Below the pieces are notes generated by a model. The model ran no database searches. It was not told the DNA's origin and saw only the letters and a list, made by a program, of their open reading frames with translations. A stretch of DNA of 64,000 nucleotides from Macrostomum lignano (Eukaryota), in assembly GCA_002269645.1 (NCBI GenBank), contig NIVC01003171.1, forward strand, positions 51,103-115,102, written 5' to 3'. A program made the translations under genes and the position numbers. Position 1 is the first letter of the stretch. Each line of letters opens with the position of its first letter. This document shows positions 1-11,378 of the stretch, piece after piece.

Positions 1-1122
1 CCCGCCTTTGACGCGGCGGCCGTCGCAGCTTTCTGACCAGGCGCAGCGGCAGCGGTGCCGGCGCTGACAACAGTACGCAGGTTTGGCTTCCCAAACAGGG
101 GCGGCGGCTGCTGCTTCTGCTGCGCCGGGGGCCGCATCCGACCGAGCCCGAGGGAGCTGGCGGCTGAGCCCGGGCGCGGAACTGGAGGGCGCGGCTGCGC
201 TGACAGCAGCGGTGGCGCGGCGGCACGCTGAGCACCGACGGTGGGCACTCTGGGACGGAGCTGTGGCCGCTGAAACTGTTGCTGCTGGCCTCTCAATGGC
301 CGCTGCTGTTGATTTTGATTTGGCCGAATCTGCTGCTGCTGCTGACTCTGATTCGGCCGAATCTGCTGCTGTTGATTTTGATTTGGCCGAATCTGCTGCT
401 GCTGATTTTTATTGGGCCGAATCTGCTGCTGCTGCTGCTGATTTTGATTTGGCCGAATCTGCTGCTGCTGATTTTGATTGGGCCGAATCTGCTGCTGCTG
501 CTGATTTTGATTGGGCCGAATCTGCTGCTGCTGATTTTGATTGGGCCGAATCTGCTGCTGCTGCTGCTGATTTTGATTTGGCCGAATCTGCTGCTGCTGA
601 TTTTGATTGGGCCGAATCTGCTGCTGCTGCTGACTCTGATTCGGCCGAATCTGCTGCTGCTGCTGACTCTGATTGGGCCGAATCTGCTGCTGCTTCAAAG
701 GCGGACGTATTGCTGCCTGATTCTGTTGAGACAGCCGCGGAGGCTGGAACTGATGCGGCTGCTGCATGGCGGCAGGAACAGCAGGCTGGTAGCTGGCCAT
801 ATTTGGTGCTAATGAGGCTGGCTGAACTGTCTGCCAGGCGACCTGCTGCTGTGAGGGCAATGGTGGAGGCTGCTGCGGCAGCGATGGCATGGCTGGGTAA
901 GCCGTGGGCTGCTGAAAGACAGGGCTAATGGCTTGCTGCTGCTGAGGCGCCATTGAAAATGCCATTGGCTGGACTGGCACTGCAGCGCTGTACACACCGG
1001 GATAGGCAGTAGGAATGTAGGGAGCAGCAGGCGGAGCGACTGCTGGTTGCTGAGCTTGCTGCATTGCTGGGGCCATCATTGGATAGCTGGCATTTGAGCC
1101 CATGGCAGCCTGGGTAGGCACA
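1..1122 (-). CDS. Exon of an unknown Gln/Pro-rich low-complexity protein, open to the left window edge
   Basis: Acceptor AAACAG| at 1124-1123. The minus frame (codons from 1121) reads VPTQAAMGSNASYPMMAPAMQQAQQPAVAPP...QQQIRPNQNQQQQ repeats...QKQQPPPLFGKPNLRTVVSAG with no stop to position 1. It is absent from the ORF track because no stop falls in the window; the + strand ORFs 83-928 and 279-812 are its antisense shadow. Confidence 0.65.
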
Positions 1123-3181
1123 CTGTTTATTTAAATGGACAATATATGGCTTGTTAGTATTAGTAGGATACAAAAAACGAACAATATAACGCATAAATGC
1201 ATATCAACTCTGAAGTGCATCATTTCTTATTTTGATCACAGATATACTGATAAAACCATATTGAGCCCAATAAAAGACTGTCTAGGCGTCTGCACCATGT
1301 TTTAATTGCAATTAAAAACTATTTGAAACTCATACTTGTAGACCAGCTGCAGATTTTGCTACTTTTTATTCAAGTTGTGATTGTCAAGAAACTGGAATTT
1401 ATAAAGTGAATTGCACTTGTACTTTTCACTTCAAGCTTGCAGCTAGTTATAGCTTGCAATTATATTTTATTTGAAAATTTATATTAAATGAGTCTCAATC
1501 TATTTTATTATTCATATAGATATAATGGGTCTTTAGCCCTAATAAAGGCAATGGATATTTTGAAGATAAACATAAATTTATGGCTTGTTATAGTTTGATA
1601 TTAACTAAGGCTTTGGCTTAGTCAGACTTTACTTTGAAACATTGTGCAAAGCTTATAAGATAACAGTGCCTTGCAATACAAACATTCAGCCTTGCTTAAA
1701 TTGGCTATTAACTTGTGGTTAATAAAGAGTCAATAAATTAATTTGAAGCCACTAAAGTTTGGTGGTAAAAGATATAAGACCATAGAACAATGTTTACAAC
1801 TGATATTATTTTCAATTTATAGTAATAGTTGAAAAATATAAAAAATTACTATTCTAATCTAATTATCAAACAAATTGAAAAGTTTAATTCATAATCATTA
1901 ATAAAAAATTATTTATCATGCCCTATCTTATATTGAAGTGTCTGAAGTGTTTGAAGTCTAAAGTATCTTAAGTATCTGAAGTATTATATATTTTAGTAGG
2001 TTTTGTATGCAAATTTTCTTTTTAAATTAAAAATTGATCATTACTACTAGTACTATTATTGCCTTAACCTTGAATTCAAAAATTAAAGCAAGCAAAGAAG
2101 GCATTTTAGTTTTTGTATTAATTTAATCTCATAGTTTGGATCATGACAAGCATATACCAAAATGAAAATTCTTCAATTTTATGCCAACATAATTTTTTTA
2201 TACTAAGCATAAAATTATTTATACTTTTTAAATATTTTTTTTAAATATGATTTATTAAACTTTAAAATGTCTGTTTTTTCTAAAAACTATTATTCTTTGT
2301 TCTATTTTTTCCTTATAAATTGCATTGTTGTTATCTATTTTTGTTTTTGATTATTATTAAAGGAATTTTCTTTTGATAATATTAAACTACACCATATACA
2401 CTAAACCTAAACTAGGCTATTTTTATATATCAACTGTGTACACTATGTTGAACCTAAAAATTCTATGTACCATTACCGAGTATACACCAAGTTGGTCAAC
2501 AAGGGCAAAATATACCTAAATTTTCTAATATAAAGGCTATTTTCTAGACTAAAAAATTAATAAAAAATACTTTTTTAAACTGAATAACTTTTAATAATAA
2601 TTAATACCTAATATAGTTTCTGCTTATTTTTATTTTTATCAAGAGATATTGCTTTTTGAACTTGCTTAGCCTTAGGACTTGGTTTCTTTATATATTATCT
2701 ATATTGCAAAAGGTTTTCTGTGTATGCCGGACACATTTTTATTGAATTTTCAATTGTACACCAACAGATTTTAAATGTATGCCAACTTAAAAATGGTTTA
2801 AAAAATCAATGAATATTTAAATTTAAATTTAAACTACAAAAAATTGATAATGACATGACGATTATCGTGACAATTCCGGAAATTAAAATGATTGGTAAAT
2901 GAGAAAATAGTAGTAGAAAAAATGGCTTTTGAAATAACTTAATATAGAAAAAGCAGGAAAAATTCTTTATATTAATTTCTACACTAGTTGCTATACACCA
3001 CACTGTATGCCACACTATACACAGCCAAGAAATGTACGCTGGTGTACACCATGGAAATCAAGTGTATGCCGGAATTCTTTGGTGTACACCCTACCATCCG
3101 CAAAATGGTATATTATTTTTGGTCAAAAAGTAAGTTGCATTAGGCCTACTACTGCTAATATAAATCAGAGGGAGGCTAGGT

Positions 3182-4452
3182 GGTAATCTTTCCTTACCCA
3201 ACCGTAAATTATTTTCGGCTTCCTGTTTCAGTTTCTTTTAATTTTTTTGGCTGAAGTTGTGTATATATGTGGGGCGCACATTTTAAGAAAAGAAAAAAAT
3301 GTTTTTAATTTTAGATTTTTTAATTTTTTAATAATTTTTTCTCAAAAATTATTTCTCATGTCTTTAATGTGTTTTCTGCATCCTTTCAGCAATGGCTGGT
3401 CGACCTCAAGCCCCAACAACCATTGTACCCCAGAATTCGGTCATTCCGGCTGACCAGCTGCTGCAGGCCCTGGCCCTGAAGCTGCAAGATGTCCACAGGA
3501 GGACGGACACAATGGACGATACAATAAACTGGCTGGCAACCCTTGGCCTGCTCCATAACACCATGCAGTGCTGCCACACGCCTATGGGCTTTGTCAATCG
3601 CGCACGCAATACAATGGATGGCCATGCTTGGTACTGCAAAGAGTGCAAGGGGTACAAGTCATTGCAACAAGACTCATTCTTCTATAATAGTCACCTGCCA
3701 CTGGACAAGATCATCCAGCTAATGTACTGGTGGACACTTGATGTCAAGTACGACGTTGTCATGCGAGAGGTTGGCATAGGTTCAACTGAGACAATAGTTG
3801 ACTGGTTCAACTATTTCCGCGATGTCTGTTGCCAGTGGGCAATCGACCATCCCCAGCAGCTGGGTGGTCCCGGACATACTGTGGAAATTGATGAGTTGAA
3901 ATTCATGCACCGCAAGTACCATGTTGGCCAGTACCGAAAGCCGGCGAGAGGGTCACTGGGTACTCAGCATGATTGAGCGTGACTCAAGAAACTTTGTCAT
4001 GACGACAGTCGAGTCCCGGTCAGCTGCCGTTCTACTGCCTCTAATTTAACAGCACGTGCTACCCGGCACACGCATCCTAACTGACCAGTGGGCTGCGTAC
4101 AACCAGCTGCCGAACCCTGCCACTGTCAACCACTCCCTCAACTTCATCAACCCTGCGGACCCAACTGTGCACACCCAGAACATCGAGGGAATGTGGGGTC
4201 ATGTCAAGGCCAAGCTAAGACAGATGCGTGGCACGTCAGGCGCACTCTTTGACACATACCTCCAGGAATTTATCTGGAGGCGCCATTGGGGAGGAGAGCA
4301 TCATTTTGAAAATTTCATTTACTGGGTCCGGCACTACTACCCATGCTGACTTTTAGCTTTTATCGTAAGCCTGTAAAAATATTTACATTTTAAATATAAA
4401 AAATTCGAAAAAACTTAGAAAATAATTTACAGTTGGGTAAGGAAAGATTACT
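3182..4452 (+). mobile_element. Merlin-superfamily (IS1016/ISXO2-like DDE) DNA transposon, decayed
   Basis: 35-bp TIRs GGTAATCTTTCCTTACCCAACCGTAAATTATTTTC (3182-3216) and 4418-4452 (2 mismatches). Degenerate 8-bp TSD GGCTAGGT (3174-3181) / AGCTAGGC (4453-4460). Transposase 3392-4349 has VEIDE, TDQW and QNIEGMW motifs and an N-terminal Cys motif. Confidence 0.9.
3392..4349 (+). pseudogene. ISXO2-like (Merlin) transposase pseudogene
   Basis: LGGPGHTVEIDELKFMHRKYHVG...GHWVLSMIERDS...HVLPGTRILTDQWAAY...VNHSLNF...HTQNIEGMW. Two frameshifts (~3945, ~3985) and an in-frame TAA at 4047-4049. Confidence 0.88.
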
Positions 4453-7384
4453 AGCTAGGCTGGGAGGAGATGCCAATTTCACATATATAAGATTAGCTAT
4501 TTAAGCTAGAAACTTACCTAAATCCAGTTGCAGCAGTTGGATATCCAAAATAGCCACTCATGTTACAATATAACTCTTATATGACTTATTAAATTTTAAG
4601 GCAGATTAATAATTTGATTTTGACTAGGCCTATCTACCTATCAAGCTAAAACTAATAAAAGTTAGAATTTCTTATTTGCTTTTGTATAGGCCTATTATTA
4701 CTTTAAACCTTAGTCCAATTCCAAGCTCAATTTTTTGACTAGGTCAAAAAATACAAAATATAGGCCTATTGCCAAAGTTAGGCCCAAGATTAATTAAGTT
4801 GGTATTTTGTGTCTTTGCATTTGAAAAGTAGGCCCTTGTCTAGGCTAGGCCTATTATCAACACTATTATTTATTAGGCCTAATTGTTTTAGGCCCTAATT
4901 AAAATTTTATATTAATATCCAGTTATTATTGAATATCAAATATTTAGTAGGCCTATATTAATATCTATAGCTGCCAGTATAAGGCTCAGTTGATTATACT
5001 CTATAGGCCTAAATATTTTATCTATAGTATATGTATTTTTCAATAGACTCGTGCAAAACTAGAGTAGGGTAGGGGTCTACAGCACAGCAAGCCAAGGCAT
5101 AGCGCCAAGGCTAGGGCCTAGTCTATTGGTTGGAAGAAAGCCTTACTCCTAATGTAGGACTAACACTGGAATAAAATGCGATTTTCCAACTATTATGGCT
5201 TAAATTGCACCGGATTTACTTTTGTATGCGATTTACGAAAAGGCTACGGCCTAGTCGGTCGGATAGTCTGGTCTGCGCTAAATTAAGCACCACTCAGACT
5301 GCTCATTGACTTAACCTTAAGCTAGATTAGGCTTATTGGGTATTGCCTTGAATTGTCAAGTAATTTTTGTGTCCTTTCAACTAGTCATTAACATAGGTTT
5401 TAAGATTTAACCTGGATTAACTAAATTTATAAACACTGAAAAACCAGCTCCAGTTCCGTGCCGGGCGAATGCTGGCCAGTTTTAGCATGCGACGAGCGCG
5501 AGTGTGATTTAAGTGAGAATTAATCAAGACAATTTAAACTGTTTTTAACTGTCATGTTAAACAAAGTTGTTCTTGTTTGTTTTTTTTCTGCTAAAAAACA
5601 TAAAATAAATTCTTGAAATTCAAGATTTTTACTCTTAATTGTTGATAAGCAGATAAAATAATGCTCACACCGGTGCTGCTCACACCGACGAGACGGCCGG
5701 GCCGTCTCAGCCTTTGAGTGAGATGCAAACTGACATCTTCGGGGAGCTGACGGTTCCGGCACCACAGAGACCTGTCGGTTGCTTTGGCAGTTAACGATTC
5801 GCACTTCAAGTGGCCACCCTAGAAGACATTGACTTGTTGATTCTTAGATCTTATCTATCTTCTTGGGTTGCTGCGCAAGTACTTGCAAGAACGTGCAAGA
5901 TCTTTGCAATGATATAACTTTGCTATTGCTCAGTTGCCGCGTCTGGACCAATTAGATAGGCACTGAATGCGCATTGGCTCTGAAATCCACCTCACCGCCA
6001 AAATCAACGAATTCTGCGCGTTAAGTTGTCGCACTGCAGCTTGCGACACAGGCAGGAAGGACAGAGACAGACAACTGAGACAGACAACAATAACTCCACT
6101 CCAGGACAGTCAATGCAATGAGAACTAACCAAAATTTAGTACTTGTGGCATTGCGAATGTGTACTAATCACTGTGGCGTATCTACTTCGGAAACAAAACT
6201 GGACCCATTCAAAGTGTACTAATATCACTGTGGCGCATTTACTTCGGTAACAAAACTGGACCCATTCAAAGATGCAACTGCTTGGGAGAAAAAATTTGGT
6301 AGCTTCAGAGTCACTGCCAACAAGGCCCAACAATTTGACCGCTTCAAAAGTACATCTCATTCGAAACAAAGGCCTGACCGCTGCAGAGTCGCTGCCAACG
6401 CTGATCGATGTCGAAATGATCAAGAACTGTCCTCCGTTCAACGAGCTCCACAACGTCGACTTCACGAACCCCAGCCTGCGGCACCGGCTGTGTCAGGAGA
6501 CGCTGGCCTACCAGTTAGTCAGGGGCAAGTTTCCTCTGTGCGAGCTGAACAGGAACTTACCGCAGCAGATGTACACCATTGTCAGACAAGGGTCTCCTCT
6601 AGCCAATGTGGCCCGAGCGATGGGCGGCGGCCGAATGCCGATATTCACATTCGGCAAGTTAAGGAGGACATGATTTCCAGACTATTGATAAAAAACGGCG
6701 CATGGGAAGCTGACTCTATTCGGACGATGCTCAACCTGTTACAGAAGCTTCCGAAAAACTCTGCGACGTTCCTCGATATCGGCAGCAACATTGGCATCTA
6801 CAGCCTGCAGGCCAGAGAGCTCGGGTATCCCGTGGTGGCCATCGATGCAAACATTCGCACACTGGTCAGGCTGCAGATGTCAGCGAAGCAGCTGAACTTG
6901 CTTGACGACAAGCTGAGGCTCTTCTGGGGCTTCATCAGAGCGACGACGTGGCAGTCAAGCGGATCAGTTGGGACGCTGACAGCATGAATTGCAATGTTGG
7001 AGGCGGCTCGGGCGGATCGACTGACTGGAAATGGCAGGCCACGAAGTTAATCGAGGACACGATTTCCGTGACCACTGTTAAAGCGGACGAGCTTCGAGCG
7101 CACATCGGCACCAAGAATGTGGTCATCAAGATGGATATCGAGTCTGGTGAGCACCTGTTCATGAAGACTGGTGAGAAGCTGTTCAGAGAGCGATCAACAT
7201 CATGGCGCTGCAGATGGAGTTCTGGAGGAAAAAAATCAGTAACCGACCGCAATTGTCCGAACATTACGAGTTTGTGACTCACTTCATGACCTCGAGGAAC
7301 TTCTCTCTGCTGTCCATGAGCTTCCAAGTGCAGAACATCGCTATATTCAACGAATGGGACGGACTGTGGGTCAGAAACGAATTT

Positions 7385-7692
7385 CAGCAAGACACGGAGG
7401 CCAGATCTCAGATTTCTATGGCTCAGCCGAGACAATTGCAGCAAGACACGGAGGCCAGATCTCAGATTTCTATGGCTCAGCCGAGACAATTGCAGCAAGA
7501 CACGGAGGCCAGATCTCAGATTTCTATGGCTCAGCCGAGACAATTGCAGCAAGACACGGAGGCCAGATGTCAGAATTCTATGGCTCAGCCGAGACAATTG
7601 CAGCAAGACACGGAGGCCAGATGTCAGAATTCTATGGCTCAGCCGAGACAATTGCAGCAAGACACGGAGGCCAGATGTCAGAATTCTATGGC
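7385..7692. repeat. 54-bp minisatellite, left part (~5.7 copies, QQDTEARCQNSMAQPRQL)
   Basis: Unit CAGCAAGACACGGAGGCCAGATGTCAGAATTCTATGGCTCAGCCGAGACAATTG. Confidence 0.95.
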
Positions 7693-7764
7693 CATAGACT
7701 AAAAAATGGAATATCAAAATGAGAATAAGACGCATTTTATCAAAATGATATAAGAATAAAATGA

Positions 7765-8939
7765 GAATCCGCCTGGGTTACCAAAGACTGTGTTCAAAAA
7801 GTTGTTAGGCTTCGCTACCTCTGGCATCTTCATGTTTGATGACAAATATTATCGCCAGATTGATGGTTGTGCCATGGGAAGCCCGCTTGCTCCTACTCTG
7901 GCCAATGTTTGCATGGCGCACTGGGAAACGGAGTGGATGTCGCTTGAGTGTGCGCCAACTTTCTACAAGCGCTATGTTGATGACACTTTTGTCATTTTTG
8001 ATGACCGGGCTAAGTACCAAGAGTTTTTTCGGGCTCTGAATTCAACCCACAGCAACATCCAATTCACCGTTGAGATGGGAGGTAAAAAACTTCCGTTTCT
8101 CGATGTTGAGGTTGATCTGAGCAGTGGCCAAGTCTCTACTCGGGTTTATCGCAAGCCCACGTTTACTGGTTTACTGTTGAATTTCAATGCCCTCTGTCCG
8201 AAACAGTGGAATATTGGCCTGATCCATTGTATGCTGCACAGAGCTTACTCTCTGTGTAGTTCCTGGGCTGCGTTTGATGAGGAGGTGACAAATTTGACTA
8301 GGATTTTCAGTATGAACGGATACCCAAAAAATCTCATTAGTCGGTTGATTTTCAAGTTTGTCACTGATAAGGTTACTGGCAGACTGCAACAGAATCATAG
8401 TAAAAAGCCGGATGACCCCGTGATGATCTTGCCGTTCTATGGTATCCGTCTATCTTGTTGAAAAAGAAGCTTGAGAGATCTTTTCGGAAATGGTACAACA
8501 CTCCGATTAGGATTGTCTTTCGCACTGCCAAGGTGGGTCAATTTGTCAGCAATCTCAAGTCCCATGTTCCTCGTGCTCTAGTTGCAGGTGTCGTCTATAA
8601 ATTTTGTTGTTCTGAAGATCAGAATATCTCTTACGTGGGAAAAACCAAAAGACACCTGCACACCAGAGTTAGGGAGCATTGGCTGAAAAAATCTGCTATC
8701 CAGGACCACCTTCTGGAATGCAAGGGCTGCTGTGACAGAGAACAGATTGAATTGTTTAAAATTATCGACCGTGCTAACTCTGAATTCAAGCTTAGCATTC
8801 TTGAAGCGCTGCACATCAAAGCTCAAAATCCCAGTCTCAATGTGCAATTGCTACATAGTGGTGCGGGCCACCTTCTTAGGGTGTTTTGAGTTTGACTATT
8901 TTTTGTTGCGCGTACATTTTGTTTTTTTACATCTGTTTG

Positions 8940-8976
<37 letters not shown>

Positions 8977-9190
8977 TTCTCGCTTAACTCCAACCCCTAG
9001 TTTTTTTATGTTTTTCGTACATTGGTTACCCTCCCGTTTTCAATTTGACACTTGAGATAGTACAATCGTTTGCTTATTTATATTGAGTGTTTCGTTCAGT
9101 GATAAAATATACCCTGACGACGGCCCTAGTGGGTTGAAACGCGTTGGTTTTCGCCTTAAATGTTGATCTTAAGCTTTATTTAAAATCGTT
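7765..9190 (+). mobile_element. Penelope-like retroelement, 5'-truncated (RT C-half + GIY-YIG endonuclease)
   Basis: GCAMGSPLAPTLAN, RYVDDTF, LPFLDV, VYRKPT; GVVYKF...YVGKTKRHLHTRVREH. One frameshift at ~8445; the ORF ends at 8889. The 3' region carries a hammerhead. Confidence 0.92.
9111..9148 (+). ncRNA. Minimal type I hammerhead ribozyme in the PLE 3' repeat
   Basis: ACC-CUGACGA-C-GGCCC UAGU GGGUU-GAAA-CGCG-UU-GGU. Stem I ACC/GGU, stem II with two G-U pairs, palindromic short stem III, predicted cleavage after U9145. Confidence 0.8.
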
Positions 9191-9374
9191 GTTAAACTAG
9201 ATATTAGACGTTAGACTGATGAACTGCATAATTTATATATTTTGCTTTCAAACTTGTATACATGCGAATGCGAATAACCGTCAAAAAGTTGGAGTAAAAA
9301 CGGTTTTTGTCAAACTGCTAAACTGCAATATTTCAGTATCAAATTTTTCACTGACTGGCTTTATATTGGCTAGC

Positions 9375-9577
9375 AAATTTTGGCTGGCAAACTTCCGGCA
9401 GGCAAACGTCGGCTGGCAAACGTCCCGCAGGCAAACGTCCGGCAGGCAAACTTCGGCTGGCAAACGTCCCGCTGGCAAACGTCGGCTGGCAAACGTCGGC
9501 TGGCAAATGTCGGCTGGCAAACGTCCCGCAGGCAAACGTCGGCTGGCAAACGTCCCGCAGGCAAACGTCGCTATCCC
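9375..9577. repeat. ~15-bp GGCAAACGTC(C/G)GC tandem array ending ...CGTCGCTATCCC; probable subterminal array of a DNA transposon end
   Basis: Direct tandem motif that ends abruptly at the junction with the 54-bp array. Confidence 0.6.
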
Positions 9578-9945
9578 CAGAATTATATGGCTTAGCCGAG
9601 ACAATTGCAGCAAGACACGGAGGCCAGATGTCAGAATTCTATGGCTCAGCCGAGACAATTGCAGCAAGACACGGAGGCCAGATGTCAGAATTCTATGGCT
9701 CAGCCGAGACAATTGCAGCAAGACACGGAGGCCAGATGTCAGAATTCTATGGCTCAGCCGAGACAATTGCAGCAAGACACGGAGGCCAGATGTCAGAATT
9801 CTATGGCTCAGCCGAGACAATTGCAGCAAGACACGGAGGCCAGATGTCAGAATTCTATGGCTCAGCCGAGACAATTGCAGCAAGACACGGAGGCCAGATG
9901 TCAGAATTCTATGGCTCAGCCGAGACAATTGCAGCAAGACACGGA
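9578..9945. repeat. 54-bp minisatellite, right part (~6.8 copies)
   Basis: Same unit as 7385-7692. Confidence 0.95.
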
Positions 9946-10859
9946 AAGACTTAAAAACAATACGTGGTCGAACTGCACACACCAACTTGCCTCCCTTCCC
10001 ACTCCACTCACCAATTCGCACACATTTTCCATAGCTTAGCGGCACTGGGCAAGCGAGTGAATGGCAGACTGTGTTCCAATCATAGTTCTAATCGATAACT
10101 GTATCCGTACAGTCTGGTGGCGTGAAACTCCAATTCTTGTTCTCCATGTTAGACACCCAATAATATGTAGGCAGCTGCAAGTTTCCCGCTTGGACAGCTG
10201 TTTCCAGACGTTTAACAGACGGATCAACTCATCCGGGAATTCTCCCAACTCCATTTTCCAAACTGCGTCCGCACTTTCAATTGCAGCCCAGTTACTCGTA
10301 TTCCATTTTCATTCCGTGTCCTCCCGTGCTTTATGAAGAAATTGCCCCGACTTCTGGGACACCTCTCGAAGTTTAAATTTAAAGCATATTTCAAATGAGT
10401 AATTTTAATTGCTGGAGGGAAAGCTTTTCACGCGGATGAAAGCGGGTCAATGAAACGTTTCAATCGCTTTTCGTTCGAGCTACCGCGTGCAGTGAGTTTT
10501 GTGTCTTAACTATTTTGTACACCTGCCTTGTTGTTTTTATTCTGCTGAAGCTTTTTGGGTGTTCATTTTACTGCTTTTGCTTTCCTCAAATAATGTGTGC
10601 TCGTCACTTGCCGGGGCGTTTAGCTCGAATTCTCGTCTCGTTCGGCAGCCTGCAGTCTGATTTCCTCCTATCGGTGAGTGCAGTATACGGATAAATATAA
10701 AATTGCACAGTGCACGAAATAACAATAGAGGATTAAATGTCGCTGTACAGTTCAGATCAAAATGGGCCGGGAGGTGGTGAGCAAATCGAGGGCAGTCAGA
10801 GTCCAAGAGTCGCAAATTTAGGAATAGAAATATATCAAATGTTGATTTTAAGCTTTCTT

Positions 10860-11378
10860 GGCAGATTTGACCACGCTCACGGGGCGGCGGCCCCGCTAGG
10901 AGCTGGTCAATGAGCGCAGCATCGATGGTGCTCCAAGTCCAGACACTGTCGAGCTCATCGGCAGCGAGGTCTTGCTCTTCCCCGAAGACGATGACCACCG
11001 GTTGGAGCTTGATCGCCGGTTGGAGCTGCACCTTTGAGGCGTTGTTGATTGCGGCGGTTCCCGAAGGCCCGGCCGCGCTGGCTCACCAGCGGGGTTATAT
11101 CCTGGGGGCAGGGGTCACTGTGGCTCCTTTCGGCCCAACAGCAGCCTCGCCTCCCTTGGTTCCCCCTCCGCTGGTGGCCGGCTTCCCGTTGACGCCGTCG
11201 CCGCTCATTGTGGCGTTGGTTGCGGCAGCACGCCCGCGGTGCGCGTGTGGGCTTGTCGCCAGACGAGCCGGCGGCAAGCCCATCTGTGCAGGTGGGCGGC
11301 GGCGCTGGCTCCAGAATCACCGGCCGGAGTTGCCGGGGTCCCAGCTTCAGCGGGATTTTTAGAGGCGGAGGATGCCAT
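10860..11378 (-). mobile_element. Decayed ORF1/gag-like 5' fragment of an unclassified retroelement
   Basis: ATG at 11378 after a CT-rich leader. GC-rich Ala/Gly/Pro reading broken by a frameshift and TAA/TGA, continuing ...LQPVVIVFGEEQDLAADELDSVWTWSTID. No diagnostic motif recognised. Confidence 0.3.

Larger units (their letters stand above)
6118..10039 (+). pseudogene. Intronless FkbM-family SAM-dependent methyltransferase with N-terminal signal-anchor, disrupted
   Basis: Motifs FLDIGSNIGIYSL...GYPVVAIDAN and VVIKMDIESGE. N-terminal hydrophobic LVLVAL/VLITVAYLL. Frameshifts near 6155, 6655, 6940 and 7195; a 55/57-bp tandem duplication (6159-6270) containing TAA. The C-terminal coding repeat is split by an insertion; the tail RLKNNTW...SIA* ends at 10039. 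Confidence 0.75.

Noticed and set aside
83-928. + strand 281-aa and 177-aa ORFs
   Set aside because: Antisense shadows of the minus-strand Q/P-rich exon.
3392-4349. Bacterial IS1595/IS1016 contamination
   Set aside because: Embedded in intron-bearing eukaryotic DNA with host-type CpG decay; fits eukaryotic Merlin.
5458-5487. Possible Helitron 3' end (GCCGG..CTGGC hairpin then TTAG)
   Set aside because: Needs two assumed mutations and no 5' TC end was identified.
5690-5708. Perfect 9-bp hairpin GAGACGGCC-G-GGCCGTCTC
   Set aside because: Isolated, with no terminator or element context; may be chance in GC-rich DNA.
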